A stretch of DNA of 64,000 nt from Perkinsus olseni. Lineage: Eukaryota. Positions 1 through 15,997 of this stretch are shown in pieces (position 1 is the stretch's first letter; each line of letters starts with the position of its first letter). Made by a program: the position numbers and the translations under genes. Location: positions 1-64,000 of the forward strand of contig JABANN010000019.1 of the NCBI GenBank assembly GCA_013115125.1, read 5' to 3'. The notes under the pieces are model-generated. The model ran no database searches. It saw only the letters and a program-made list of their open reading frames with translations, and had not been told where the DNA came from.

Positions 1-574
1 GAGTTCCGAGTTGTCTAGTCTCGAGGGGCCACCAAACCACGGGTTCGATCAGTCCGACGAATTATTACACCAGAGTTCATGACGCCGGCCGACACGCACC
101 GCTCTCGCCCGCCCTAACTGAGGTTGCCCGCACAGATCAATGAGCCTATCGGGATCGGGAACTTTATAGATCTGCCTTGTGCACGTCTAAATTATCCTGG
201 GTTGGCTCTTTGATGTCGGGAAGAGTCAATTAAACCCCTCCTATGGCTGGCAAGATCATACCTACGTTCTATCGCTGGGACATGTGAGATGGTAAGGAGA
301 GTCGATGCCTTTAGGCGTGTATCCGGCATTGATAAATGGCGAACTCCGCGCGTTGCCATAGCCGTTGCTTGGTTAAGCTTGTTTGTGGGGCGAGGGACTG
401 ACTGGCATACCCATGGCCCTATAAATCGACAAAGAACTTATCAGTAAATCTTTGTCAACTTCGTTCTCTCGCCGTGAAAGCTGTCTCAAGCTCGCTCGTG
501 AAATCCACTCGCTCTGAACGAGTTGCGTCCACTATCTGAGTATGTTGTTAGTATCTTCTTGTTGCCATCTTACA

Positions 575-3500
575 ATGACGGCTGCTGTCACCACGACAGC
601 CGTGCGAGGTCCTACCGCCCAAGCGCCATCATTGACACCGCTGCAACAGGAGATATTGAGGTGATAAAAGGGGGGCGTTTAACTTCGCTGTAGATAGAGG
701 GGCAAGGGAGAGCAACATGCAACCATTTGCCGTCCTGGGTACTTGATGGTTGGAAGTGCGGACGGGTGTCTGCGGGTCGTAGTTGCGTTGGTAGTCGGAT
801 TCGTTACCCGGAGTAGTCTTGCAAGAGCACCAGTCCCTTCAACTCAGTTGGGATTTCTTCAAGGACGTGAATGACGACCGGACGCAGGGCGAATTGAAGA
901 AGCTGCATGAGAATGAGGATGAACTTGGGTACTACGGGGAGCCATTGTCACATTTGGAGACGTGCTTGACGGTGCTTGTGGTAGTGTAGTGAACGTAGGG
1001 AGTGCTCACTCCGCCCGTATTTCACGTTCTCTCGAGCAGGTTTGAGCACGTGCCGCTGAGGTTTGAGAACTTTGAGGAGTACAACGACGTCTTCTATCCT
1101 CTATTCCTGCGTGAAACTAAGTCCCAGCTCGATAGAGCTCGGCATATGGAACGAGGAGAGACCGAGAAGTGCGGAACACCCATCTGTTTTCGCGAGAGGC
1201 TCACGGAACTACAAAGTCATCGCTTTGGTATTCAATATTTAATGCAGGTTCTCCCACCTCACTTTCCGGATCATTAATGAGCGTATAGGTTTTGTCCGCC
1301 TCGAGCTGATCCGAATGTCCATGGTAAGTTAGCCGAATGCTCCGCGCGGGAATGAGTAATGGGCTCAGGCTTCGAGAGAACAGTACGGCGGCTCGGATTT
1401 GGTCCTGATGTCCAGTTTAGAGGACCCTCTGGAGGAGAACCCCGTGCATGCCTTAGCGTAGTCATCGGATCGTATCTAGCTCCATCGGGGTATGATCGCC
1501 TTCTAGATACGTGGAAAGCTTCGTTGACGGCCGACTGTCGCTCCGTTTGAGGTACGGAAGGGTGCGCTGAAGCTATTGTATTATCGAACCTGCTCAGACT
1601 TGATCTGCAGACAGCCCAAACAACAGACAAGCACATGTTGGAGTTCCGAGAGCGGAGCAAGCGAATTGCTTCTGCTATTGCGGAGAATGCTGACTGGTAT
1701 ATAACGAAAGTACGAACCCGCGCTTTTTCTCCTCTTTCGGCAACGGTGACTTGCTGCCTTGTCAGATAACGTCCATGTCAACCATTCATCGTGAGTACCA
1801 GGCCATGCAGGCGTTACGGAGGTCGCCTTTGCTAAAATGGGTGCTCAACGATATCGAAGTGGAAGAGGGCCAGTGTGAGGTTAGCCCAAAGGCCGAGCAA
1901 CGTACTAGGGAGTGTGGGGAGCGGTTGAACCCTCGGCGTCGAATCGCCGTGATTTCGCCATGCATCGGAATTTCAGCTACTGCCAAGAAGCGTCGGAAGG
2001 CAGCTGAAGTGGCTAAGCCGGCCGCTAGGAAGCAGCGTCGATTGAAGATGCCTCCTGGACTGAAGACCACGATTGAGGCGAAGTAGTGAGGGATGAGGCG
2101 TCCAGGATCCATGATATTGGGTGAAGCCACTCGTGCCCTATACTGCTAGTATATCAGGTATAACGATTCTCAGCGGCACGCAATTATGGAGGCAACGAAG
2201 AGCGAAGGACTGACGCTTATTCAGGTAGGAAGCGTCGTCCGTGAAGAATCCTACTTTCATTGGGGCATATCCTTGGGCAGAAGGTGCCGTCTGAATCAGA
2301 CGGTCTGATCGTTTTTCACATGCATGCGGTTCATAGGGTCCTCCTGGAACGGGTAAAACTACCACTATCGTCGGAATCCTTTCCGCTATCTTGAACTCGG
2401 ACGACGCGGAAGAAGCAGAGGAGACAGACGGATCCGAGGTCGGGGAGTGACTGCAGTCGGGTTCGGTCATTGGTTCAGCATTTGGACCCTGCTCAGGCGT
2501 CCACTGCGCTACCGCGTGAAATAGTCGATGATGGTGGAGAGCTCAGTAGCAGTGACATCGAAGAGGATCCGGAGGTGATTTGCAGATTGAACGGACTCCC
2601 GACTCTTCGTCATCATCATTCTTGTTGAGCGTGTGAAGTCGTGGAATAGTTGCATTCTCCTCAGTTTGAAGAGCAGCTGGCGAAACGGCGGAAGCGCAAT
2701 TTGGCGGAGATCCGACGAGTAGAGATGAAGTGGGCGTATAAGGGTTTCAAGAGTTGGCAGGAAACGGGTAATAGCTCGTGAAATCGTCAGGATACCATGG
2801 ATTTTCACGACCTTCGGAATTTGTTTGGCTATCAATGGTCTCTTCTGGTGGTTTGCTGTTTGTCGTAGACTCTACGACGTTGAGTGACTCGTTTTGTCGG
2901 TCAGCTCCCAAGATGCTGTATCCGTCGCAACCTAACAACCCCAATGACGCGTACCCTGAGGATCACGTGATGAGGCTCTTCAAGGAGAACACTTCCAACA
3001 CGAAGCCTAAACGTAAATCCAGCTGCCTTGCCGCATGTCTTGCAGGTGATTTACATGGTCGTCGACCATATATTTCAGGTAAGGTTCTTGTTTGTGCTCC
3101 AAGTAACGCCGCTATCGATGAGATTGTGCGGCGAGTGACGTCGACAGGCATATATGGACGAGGTAGGCCGAGAGCTGACGTGGCTCCAGCACTCACTGTG
3201 TCTTAGACGGAACGTTATACACTCCCTATGTTGTACGTCTCGGTCCTAACTTGCATCCCTCACTACAACAGTAAGATACCTTACAGACTCCCAGGGCATC
3301 CCTAGATGTTTTCAAAGGTACTCTCTCGAATCAATCATGGCTACGAGGCGTAAGGCGACTTCCGGTGGAGCTGCTACTAACAAGGAAGATACTTACCGGT
3401 ACTACAGCGCAGGCTCGTCCTGACCCTGATGATAGTCATTTAGGCATCGCATATCGATCCTGAACGAAGCCGTGATCGTCTGTGCCACCCTGTCCGTTAG

Positions 3501-5399
3501 TGGTGGCAGAGATTTGCTCAGTTATCCTGGTAGCTTCGATACCGTTGTGGTTGATGAGGCTAGTCAGGGTGTAGAGATGGGTAATAGCCGCAACATTAAA
3601 GTCCCCTGTTTGGCTTTCTATTGGAATGATTCGGGCTCTCTGCGGGAGCCGTTTGGCGCCCGAGATCATGAGTTGCCGACGGCCGCGACGATGCTGAGCC
3701 TGGGCATCATTCTCAGGGACTCTGATTCCTCTACAAATGGGCTGCCAGCGCATGGTGCTCGTCGGAGATCCTAAACAGCTACCAGCAACGGTGTTCTCTG
3801 CCACCGCGGAACGTTTTGGATACGGCAAAAGTCTGTTCCAGCGTTTGCAGCAATCGGACTTCCAGGTGAGGCCTCTCGGTAGCTCTGAGGATGCCATGCA
3901 CTCGTGTTTGTCAGGTCAATTTGCTGAGCACGCAGTTCCGTATGCACCCGGCCATTGCGGAGTTCCCCTCGAACGAGTTTTACGATGGTGGCGTCAAAAA
4001 CGCCGACAATATTATGGAGCTCGTTGGAGATCAGCCGTGGTCACACATACCGGTATGAATCCCCCTTCAGTACTGCGACTGGTCGGGTATGCTCGGTTTT
4101 TCAGATCTTCGGCCCCGTGTCATTCTTCAACGTCCCCGGTCAAGAAGAGAAGTCCTACACGTCTCTCACTAATGAAGCCGAGGCGAACTTTATTATTCAC
4201 ATCTTCAAGATGCTGCAGGTGTGCTGGCCGGAGGAGCCATGGCGCGAGAAGCTGGCCGTCATATCTCCTTACGCAGAGCAGGTAAGTGCTCTCAGGTGCC
4301 TATCGACGAGCTTCTGCTAAGGTCTCGTCCTCATCCACAGGTTCGGCTCATTCGCCAAAAGTTCAGACAGCTCTACAATATGGTCGAAAGCAAGGTCTGC
4401 CCGGTGGAGGTGAACACGGTCGATGGATTCCAGGGAAGAGAAAAGGATTGTGTCATCGTGTCGACAGTAAGCGCCCTATCGGATGACTGCCGCCTCCTGT
4501 TCATCTTGTTGATGATAGGTCCGTGCCGATCCGGATGGGACGTCGGTCGGTTTCGTAAGAGACGTGAGACGAATGAATGTTAGTCTCACAAGAGGAAGGA
4601 CCAACCTGTGGGTCTGTGGTATGTTTGGCGGCGGTTGCCACAGAGACAATCATACGGGAAACGTTCGTCTGTGTCAGGGCATCAGCGAATGCTTTCTAAC
4701 AATCCGCATTGGAAGAACTTCATTGTTAAGCAGCAGAAGGAGAAGCGACTCTTCAACGTAAAATGCTTCTCGGACTCGGACCAGGCGGATGCTTGCCTCT
4801 CGTCTCGGCCTCTCTTGCTAGTTTTATGTCTGTTGGAATTTGACCGAGGCAACTATTTCTCGTCCTGCAGGTTACGCCGGGTAATGTTGATGGCTTCCTA
4901 CGTAACTGGATGTGGGCCTACTTCGTTCGTAACAAGAAGAATGGCAAGGTCATGAAGTACCGTCCCGATGCAGCTGAATTCCTAGCAGGTGATATTTTCT
5001 ACCTTGCGATATCACCGAATCTCTATTCATTCGAACTTGTCCCTCAGACGAGCACCTCAAGAAGGGCGCCGCGGGTAGTGCAACTGCCGCAGACATACTT
5101 CAGAAATCTGAGGGCGGCGCTTTCAAGCTCACCGCATCAGAGATCAGTGAATTGTAGGAGACCGGGGAGTAACTCAGTGTTGCGGGCAATGATCTGTGTA
5201 GGTACGAGAAGTCCGCTATCGCAGCCAAGGCCAAGGCCATGGAGAAGGATGTCGGAAAGGATATCGAAGAGGTTTGACAAAGCTTCGCAGCTGAAACTCT
5301 ATAGAGCTTCTTGTTCAGGTTGCTTCCCTCGATAGCCCTTTGGAGGGTGTTTCTCCAGCAGCGACTTCACCCGCGATCGACGCTGATATGGTAGTATAG
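575..5399 (+). CDS. SEN1: Sen1/senataxin-like SF1B (UPF1-family) RNA/DNA helicase, multi-exon
   Basis: Spliced exons give motif I GPPGTGKT (~2337-2362), VLVCAPSNAAIDE, VVVDEASQ, LVGDPKQLP, QFRMHP, VISPYAEQV, TVDGFQGRE and RRMNVSLTRG. ATG at 575; probable stop TAG at 5397-5399. Confidence 0.85.
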
Positions 5400-5737
5400 G
5401 GCGGTGTTGCGCTTGATACCCATGACGACCAGTGGTTTAGGGTGGGCTTCTTATCGTTTCTTTTCTGTGTCAGCTGGCGGAGGGGGCTGATTCAAAGGCT
5501 CATTCGAAGGCTGATACTGTCCCTGACGATTGACGTTTCTACCGAACTGGTCCTTCCGTGTTATAGTTCGTCAGAGGCAGTCCAAGACTTAGTGGGGTGT
5601 CTCCATAATGTGTGAGGCTGTACTCGCAACGCTAGCTCCTTGAATTGTCGAGCCCCGCACTTGAGTCTTTGTGTACCGCACTTGTGTACCCGCTGACGCA
5701 AGCGTGCGATGTTTGAATAAGCTCTTCTATACTTCCT

Positions 5738-7994
5738 ATGGACCACGTCTCGCTGAGTGGAACTCCATCAGCGACGACTGAAGCAACGAAGCGTGCCACG
5801 ACCTTGTCGGAGGATCAACGAAAAGGCCTCGAGAGTGCCGTACTTGGATACCTCATGTAAGATAGTTTTTATCTGTTCTGAACTATTTACTATCGCTACC
5901 CATACATTTGGGAAGCTAGTTCTCCCTTCGATGTGTCCTAACAGAACAAGAGCCTGGAGGAATCTTCCAGTCGTCATCGACGGTTCTTATGTCAGAGAGT
6001 ACTACCCTAAAGTAGGGTTGCAATTCGGTATAGCGAGCGGTGCTGAGGATCCCGCCAAGTTCAGAGGCCTGCTTGAAGAGAAATGGGTTTGTGCAGCTAG
6101 GCTCACGAGAAGAGTACTAGAACTAGAGGCCGAACTGGAGGGCATCCCAGTGGCAAAGAGAAGTGATAAGCTGCGGCCTCACCTCATTGATGCTGCAATC
6201 CGTCGGCGCTTCCAGGTCGATTCAACTCCGTTTCCGCGACGAGGCCAATGATACCGTTTGGACCGTGCTGCGGCAAAGTCTGTCTCCCTGACCGGCCTGT
6301 TGTTATGTGTATGGAAGCTTTGCCTTCGTGTCCGTCCGTAGTGGCTGTCGGGCGGGTGAGGGGTCTCTAACCTTCCAATTATTGTCGTTCCGCGACATTT
6401 TTGGTCAGTCCGACGGGGTGGTATCAATATACGAAGCGAATGAGAAGCGACTGATCGGAGATCTTCGAGACCATTCGCATGGGTTGACGGATCTTTCTTT
6501 CAATGTTGACGGTGCGACTTTTCGATGAAAGAATTTCAAACTTCGAAACCGACCTGGTAGGCTCGCTACTCGCCACGGCGGCGAAAGATGGCACAGTCAA
6601 GCTGTGGGACTGCACTTCTTCGAGAAGGGTGTGGAGATGCGTTAGGACCCTGGTTGCTGATTCGGAAGGCTGCATGATTGTAAGGTTCCTCACTGATATC
6701 TGCGCTTTAGTAGCAGACGAGCTTATCCGCTGTTGCAGATGTGCCGGTTTGCGTCTGAATCGTCGATAGTGACGTTTTCACTCGGAGGAGGCCTTCAAGT
6801 TTGGGATACTGACAGTGGTAGCAGGGACCTCCGTGAAGGATACGGTGACCAGGTCTCTTTCCATTTGTTAGGGCATTGCTTGTCGAGCGTGGCCGTGGGC
6901 ACGGCTAGCGGAACGACTCCCCTGGCTCTAGCGCTCGATGGCGGGGTACTCAACTGCGATCGGCTTCGACCCGAGAACTCAAGTTTTTCCAGGCATTTTC
7001 GAGCTTCCGATTAACCATCTTTGTTGATCAGTGGATCGCCCTCGGCGTGAACAGTCGTTTGATTGCGTTTCCAACACGTGAGCTTCCCGATCAACGACAA
7101 ACAATCTCGCTGCCGTCAACTATCAGTGAAGGACAAATGGTCTCACTCGATGCGGTGAGACTGCTTGATGGGATCCTCGATGACGAAGCGTCAGTTCCAT
7201 CACACTCTCATTCTCACTCAGGACATACTACGGATCCAGATAATGCAGCGGGCGAACGCCGATTCTAACGATCCCCCCTTAGCTTTCTCGTGTTCGAGAG
7301 ATGCATCGGTAGGACAACCACCCACGGTTTGGTACTCCCGAAGCAAATACCGTGGGTCGTGATGTAGGTAAGATGCTGGGACCTCAGTACCTTGTGTATG
7401 CTGGCGAGCTATGGTGGTCACGCCGGAGCATGCCGCTGCATCACACCGCTGGGAAACGGGTAACTCTTGAGGAACTCGCCAACTGTGATCCTTCTATCAC
7501 TGATCTCCGCAGGTATTTCTACAGCATCGCAGAAGATGCTGATTGTCTCGGGCATATATGGAGTATGGAGATTGCAGAGTCGCGAGGGCGAATATCGGCA
7601 AGGGTTACTTTCCGAGCTCAACTGACGGAACACGGTGAGGGTTAACACTCTCCTCCTCGTGGAGAATTTCAGAAACGTGTAAGGGACTTTCGCGATAACT
7701 TCCCTGATCACCATCACAGAGTGCTTGCCTCGCAGTGCTATGTTCACGGCGATGGCCGTTCTTCTGAAGAAGCGAGAATCACGCAGCGCGGTTCTGAATT
7801 CACCATACTTTGCGTCGGTCCTGTCAGGTACATTAACAGGGGAAGCGTCGGGGAGAGATTCGTTCAGCCCGAGTTCCCTTCCCCGCTGTGCGGTTCTGAG
7901 TCGGGATACATTAATCGTAGCGGCAAGTGGGGGCGTACTCTTGACTTGGAAGTGCGCCGCCATCAATGGTGATCGTGGTGGCGAAAACAAATGA
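5738..7994 (+). CDS. Divergent LIS1/PAC1-like LisH-coiled coil-WD40 protein, multi-exon
   Basis: LSEDQRKGLESAVLGYL and GLLEEKWVCAARLTRRVLELEAEL resemble the LIS1 N-terminus ([21 protein letters not shown]). A WD repeat follows: DHSHGLTDLSFNVDGSLLATAAKDGTVKLWD. Confidence 0.6.
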
Positions 7995-8614
7995 TGATTG
8001 CTAAGACGCATGTACAATAAGATGGGAACTTCATCCAATACTTCTCCTCCTCCTCAGTGGAATGTTTCTGGTGTTAGTTATAGACAACCGGGGGTGAACA
8101 GGGGGACAGCCTGGGCCACGAAAGGGCTTCAAGTCTCGCACTTGTTAGTCAGATGCCAATCTCGAAACGAAGTGTCATTTGACATGAATGTTGGGATAAG
8201 GCTTGGCTGAAGATCATCAGTTATTCGGCTGATACAAATGATTAGAGGCTCGCTCGTTATATGTCTCTAGGGAATTCCGTCCTCCTAAGGTCCGTGTGAT
8301 TTCCGTTACCCTCTCAGAGCCGTGTGCATTTCGGTCACACCAACCGAGTCACTACTTTTCCGCCATCGTGAGCACTAGATCACACTAACTCACGGAGACC
8401 AGGGGGACAATCTGAGAAGTCAGACGCTCGAAACAATAGCAAACAATTCGGGAGAAGCCGCCCGCCGTGGAACGCATATCTCCGATGCTACGTGCTTGAT
8501 TGCGCGCGCAGCACAAAATGCTCTTACTCCAGAGCACTTTGAACGCGAAATCCTAATTTAGAATCCCTAATGTTCCTGAACTTCAGTTTTTTCTCGCCAA
8601 ATCGGCATCATACA

Positions 8615-10315
<1,701 letters not shown>

Positions 10316-10330
<15 letters not shown>

Positions 10331-11466
10331 AGGGGAATCGTCTTCCATGCGATAGTCCGACGATGAGCTTCCGAGGGCAGCTAAGCAACACCGCTCGGCA
10401 CATCATCTCCTTTTCGGTTAGGTACTGACTGCTATCGACGCTGAGGGTGGTGGAAGGCAATACCAGAGTATACCCACCTGATGATTGACCGGTCGGACTA
10501 AGGCTCCGTGTTTTAAGTCTGTGTCGGGGGGTTGCCTCCTACGGAAGTCTACATCAACAAGAACCAACGCCTCCGAGTTTATCTCACGTGCTGTCGCCGG
10601 GACGCCAACTCGTCTCAGGGCTATCGAGGGAGGCGCGGGTCCGTTTATCAAAGGGATTTTCGCGTTGGTCAATGCGGCATCTTTATAGCACGGGGTGCTC
10701 TGGCGTCCGACACTTGCGCGGCAGCTCCCGAACACCTAAATTGACGAACTCTGATTAAATCAGTCAGCATGCTATGCAACGTTCGGGGTTCAACCTCTGC
10801 TGCCACATTCATCACAGCAAGGGCCCTGTTAGAAAACTCAAACCCTTACAGTAGCGGATCCGGCCAACCAGGTGGGCCCACCTCTCTTGTACGACTTCTG
10901 CCGGGCAAGTAGTGACCAGCGGACGCCCCAACTTCTCATTCTATTAAACCGTCGTGGTCCTGCCACAGACGACTATCTGGCAATCAACATTGCTCATGGG
11001 TTGCAAAACCGCCGTTTCGTTCTTCCGTTATGAGGCACCACTCAATCGGTCGTGCAAAAGTTACACAATGACGTCATAATTGGTAGACAAAAGTCCCTCG
11101 TCCAGGCGAAGCGTTTATCTGGACTACAGGTCGGGAAAATCGCTTCGCGTGTGAGGGATAGTACGCGCCTCGTAGGTGGCTGGTCACCATAAACAGGTCA
11201 CGTTGCACCGAAGTGGTAATTGGTGAAGTAAGAATGTTATCCATTAACACCCATTGTGGACGCAGATGGGTGATCCCCAAGTCGGTCGTATGACCGTATT
11301 CAACTTTCGTGACTCCACGTTGGCACAGTTCTGGAATGCGACTGGAGCAAGCCACTACAGCGAGCATGGCATCCGGAAACCGTTGTCCCTTGCCATGTAC
11401 ATGATCCATATCGATTTGTGTGACCGCAGTATCCGCAACCATCTCCCAGGGGGTCAAAATTCGCAC
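10316..11466 (-). CDS. Possible hypothetical multi-exon gene
   Basis: An open exon-like frame at 10418-10735 begins at a ttag acceptor, with plausible donors and acceptors on either side. No recognisable domain; boundaries are poorly defined. Confidence 0.25.
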
Positions 11467-11716
11467 AAATGGAGGACTCCTGCAGTTATTAAGTTAAAAG
11501 ATTCGACACCCAGATCAAAACTGTGACATCCCGCTTGCTCACACCACAATTTCGGAACACAGTACGGATGCAACCCAATATTGTCGACTGAGAACTCAAG
11601 ACACACCGATACGAATAAATGATTTCAAAGACGTGTAATAGATACTAGCTCAATGGTTACACTACTCGTTTAAACGATACGATCGCAAAACAGAATCAGA
11701 TTTGCAATTCGAGCTG

Positions 11717-13004
11717 TTAGAATCTTCGATCACGACTGCGACTCCTCGATCGAGGTCGGGCAGCGCTGCGTTCCCCACCATCGGTAGAGGCCCCTGTAGC
11801 AGCGAGGTTGGAAGGTATACCGTTGCTCATGGAACCAACACCGTAAGCTCCCATGGCTGAGCCGTAAGTAGGAGCCGCGCCGCATTTGCGGCACACAACT
11901 CTCGAGGCAAAGTTCATGTCACCGCATGCTGGACAGTCCCAGTCACCTGAAGAGTAACGGCGGTGGTACACAATGTTCCGTTGCAAAGACGAAACAATTC
12001 ACCCTCTCGCCTTCCTTGTTTTCCCTTCCCGCCGGCACCCCACCAACCGGGCCACCCACCGTACGCCGCGGGCATAGCAGTTGACGGATCCGCTGCTCCG
12101 TCGGGACCTGCACGACAAAGGCTTACTACCGTGTTACTCGGATGATAGACCAAGGTACCCGCAGATCCAGGGTAGGCGCCCATCATCGGCCAGTAAGCTG
12201 CGGCCACGGCGGCGAGATACTCCGGACTGGACGGATCGGGAGGTGGAGCGCCCTTGGCAGCATAGCAGCTGCGGCAATACTCGTTTCTGGCGAACTGGTG
12301 GTCCCCACAAGTATTGCAGAACCTACGAGATCACAGACGTTGAATGCGCAGCTGAGATTTCTGATAAAAGCCACCTTCGAAAAGTTGGATAAACCTCAGA
12401 TGAGAAATCCACGATTAGGGCTTACCAATCGCCCTCCCTAACTTCTTGCTTACTTCCGCCACCTTTTCTCGGCCAACCTGAGCAGTACACCCAAATAAAA
12501 AACAGAAGAGTAAACAGGCAATCATGCGAATGAACATCTGAACGCATTTCTAGACGTATAGTGCACCAGAAAACGATCATTCAACATGAGGGCAAACGCC
12601 TAACACCCAGCCGGTACTGTTGAGAAACCAAACAACTTGGGGTTTCACAGAAGGTAAACGACCCACCCATTTGTACTCATCCCCGTGGCGGCCCCTCCCC
12701 AACCCCCGCTGTAACCAGAAGAGGACTGTTCTCCATGATGTTCTCTCGCCTGCCCGGTGCCAGCCCCATCAGAAGTTGCCGAAGTTGTTTCTCGGCCACC
12801 GCCCTTCCCACCATAATAACCGTCACCCCAGGTCCCTCCACCACCACCGTGGCCTACGTTTTCATTATAAGCGTCGTTGTAGCCAGCTGGCATTGGCATC
12901 TGCTGCTGAGGCATCGCGTATGGATCAGGTCCTGATGGCGGCATCCCCTGGCCAGGTGGGCCCATCATAGAAGATGGATCGCCCGGGTAGTAGGGAGGTT
13001 GCAT
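11717..13004 (-). CDS. RNA-binding protein with a Gly/Pro/Met-rich N-terminus, two RanBP2-type zinc fingers and an RS tail
   Basis: Spliced REGDW|FCNTCGDHQFARNEYCRSC and GDWDCPACGDMNFASRVVCRKC match W-x-C-x2-C-x3-N-x6-C-x2-C (the first has Q for N). C-terminus is RPRSRSRSRDRRF. Confidence 0.85.
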
Positions 13005-13536
13005 GACCGAAGGGGTGTAAAATGAAACGAACTGAGACCGGTGAATAACGGATGATTTCTAAAATAATGTAGATTCTACCTACTGATACCGATTGTAGCT
13101 CTGGTGCTCCCAGTGGAACTCGTTCTGATGGGGCCAGTCAACGCGCAACCATAACACGGTCAATGGAAGCAACCCCGATAGACGAAGACATGTATAGGCC
13201 CCCACGACCATTTGGTGTAGCGACTCTTGGACCGCGTACGTGATTGAATAATGCACGCAATTGGAATGGCGCACGCCCTATGGATCGATATGCCGCGCTC
13301 TATTGATTTGCGGACTTGCTCAAGGCAGCCCTCGGAGATGATTCACGCTCAAGTATGCAGTCTCATGCTCATCTCTGGCGTCATACTTAGCAAAGGTGGA
13401 TCTCTCCTGCAAAATCGAAGCAGTAGCGGAAAGAAGAGTGGCGAGGGGATGCCTGAGTGTGTTTCACACTGCCCAAGGTGTCGTTTTCCCCGACAACCTC
13501 ATTTCTGCCTCCTCTCAAGATTATCTTTCCTACCCG

Positions 13537-15997
13537 ATGACAATGATACGGACCAAACTTGGTAACCCTCAAAAGAATTTAGTGGACCGCATCAAGGCCT
13601 TTCAGAAGAGTGACAAGGCCAACAGGTAGTCCGGTGTTGTTGGTACCCATTCTCCTTCTTCACAGCCGCTCTTATTCGTTCCAGGATAGTTGCGGCGGGC
13701 GGCCCAACTTCAGCCTAGTTCAGCTTCGATTCGACCTCGATTCTTGTTCTTACTTTCAGGCATTGTGCGGATTGCGGCGAATTAGGCCCGACCTACATCT
13801 GCACGGATTTTGGAACCTTCGTGTGCACGGAGTGTGCTGGAATTCAGTAATATGATGTCTATAACTGTTGCGAGTATTTTTCACCATGGGCGTTGTCTCA
13901 GCCGTGAGTTGAACCATAAAGTGAAGGGCATCTCAGTGTCCAAGTGGACCGAGCAAGAGGTCGAGAATCTCGAGGCCCATGGAAATACAGTAACGTGGCC
14001 GAGCCTCTGTTACTCTTGAGACGCGATCTGTTTTTTCAGAAAGACCGGGAAATGTACATGGCCAACTACCGTCCCGGCATCGACTTGGCCGAACCTAACA
14101 ACCAGGACCGACAGCGCTTAAGGGACTTCATGAAGTTGAAGTATGTCGACAAGAGGTACGAGGTCGTTGTTGCGCGTGGTGCCTGAGAAGTGGCCATGTC
14201 CTTCAGGTGGGCTGGGACTCCTCCAGATAGATCGGTGCGCACCCCTGCGGTTGCTCCTGACTCCCGAGCCAAGCAGCGCCCGATGAGTCCCGCCAATAAC
14301 TCACAGCCTGGTAGGTCTCGTCGGTACGATTCGCCTCTTCCTTTATGCGTGTCCCAGATTTAATCGACGCGGCAATCATACCAGAGCACGAGCAGAGCTC
14401 GGTGAGGCCAAAACACCATAAACACAAGAAGGCGGCAGGTAGTCCAGGGGTAGTTTCAGGACGGCGTCTAGAGGACTTCTCCCTTGAAGCGTGAGAGCGG
14501 CATCACCGAAGTGGCCTGCTGGGACACCCCATTCCCTCCGGTTTCAATCTTATGGTCTATCTCTCTACCCATGTATCTTTTACAGCTACTTCGTCTGCTC
14601 CTGTCACATCTCCCCTTTCAGCGGCTGAGGTCGGATCTGCGGTTGCCAGCGGTGATCTGCTAGATGACGACTGGGGATTCCAGTGCGCAGGAGGCCCCTC
14701 CACGCAGAACAGTATACCGCCCGTACAGCAGAATGGAAATTCGGGAGGGCTGCTGGTAGTGAGTGGGAGCAAAACTTCGCTCGCACATGAGAGATTGGAA
14801 TAGGTATTATTTTTTGAGTTCTTTTGCGCAGTCCTTTTCTCCTACCCCGGCTGGGCAGGGAAGTGCTACTCAAGCTGGATACTCAACTTCGGCTCCTCTT
14901 CCCAACGTAAGTGTTAGTTTCGCCCACTTCGATGGAGGCTGCCGTGTCTCCTCAGGCGCAAGCATCGGGCGCTGCGGTAGCTACGCAGCAGCCGAGTCTT
15001 GTCACGCCTCTAAACTACGTAGGAGGCCACCTCATTGAGGTTTTAGTATCCTCGACAGCTTCAGGCGCAGCCTCAACCTGCTCCGATGAACCCCGGTGCT
15101 CCCGGCGCCTCGGTGCCCTCTCTGAAGCCTGAAGCGGCTCATAACGTAACTGCCGATTTGAGCCGATTCTCCCGTAGTATGGTAGTGATTATCAGATACC
15201 AGCTTCAATGACTAATACCGATCTAGAGTCTACCATCCGCGTGCAATGCACCTCGTTGCTCAACTCTCTCCGACAGCTGCATACGGTTGATCCCGCGAAG
15301 TCGGAGACCGCGAAACGTTTTATCGAAGACTCTCTTCGTGGACTGGGCATCGAATGGATGTCTGGAGTAAGCCTGCTTCACTCAGTTAGTGATACACTTA
15401 TCTCAATGAACTGCTCACTCTCAGTCCTACAGCAGCAGTCCTATAGTGTCAGCCACAACCGTGCCCGCGGCCAGCAATGTGGCCCCTACACGCGGGGCAG
15501 GCGCATATGCCATGCCAGCGAGCAGCCCAGCCGTTCCGGTTACGGGTAAGTCGTTTGCGCTCACCGCCTTCTCGAGTCGTGGTCGGGCAGGACATATAAG
15601 GTCGGACTCCAATCCGTTTGGTGCTATGCAATCTAGTTCACCGAGAGCGCCGCCCCAGGTAATATCTCGCGTCCTAGGCGCAGGCTCATGTGCTAGGCTT
15701 TAGGTGTCGATGCCCAGAACCAATTCGCTTGACCGCAAGGACAATAACCCCTTCGGAGAAATCGCATCCTTGCCTCAGAGTTCCTTGCAAGGGAACTTGG
15801 CGGCCTCTGGCATCGGGCCTGGTGGCGTTGCTGCCAGCACTGGTGTCCATCCTCCAGCACAACTGCCTGTCTCTCCTGGCGGTATGAACAATCTCCTTGG
15901 AGGTTTCAGTCCTTCTAGAGCTGGTCAACCGGCGCTGTCCAGTGGTCCTGTTGTTGGTAGACAGCAGGCCTCGCAGAATCCGTTCGTTTTCCACTGA
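13537..15997 (+). CDS. ArfGAP-domain protein, AGFG/HRB-like, multi-exon
   Basis: ANR|HCADCGELGPTYICTDFGTFVCTECAGIH|RELNHKVKGISVSKW (CxxC-x16-CxxC-x4-R), FMKLKYVDKRW, and a low-complexity tail with three NPF motifs. Confidence 0.85.

Noticed and set aside
1-560. GGTTCGATC T-loop-like word near 42-50 and a possible RNA gene
   Set aside because: No T-stem or cloverleaf can be formed, and no supportable ORF is present.
564-571. GCCATCTT just upstream of the helicase ATG, resembling part of the Perkinsus spliced leader
   Set aside because: It is only an 8-nt match and lacks the GGCTCAAG 3' end; chance is likely.
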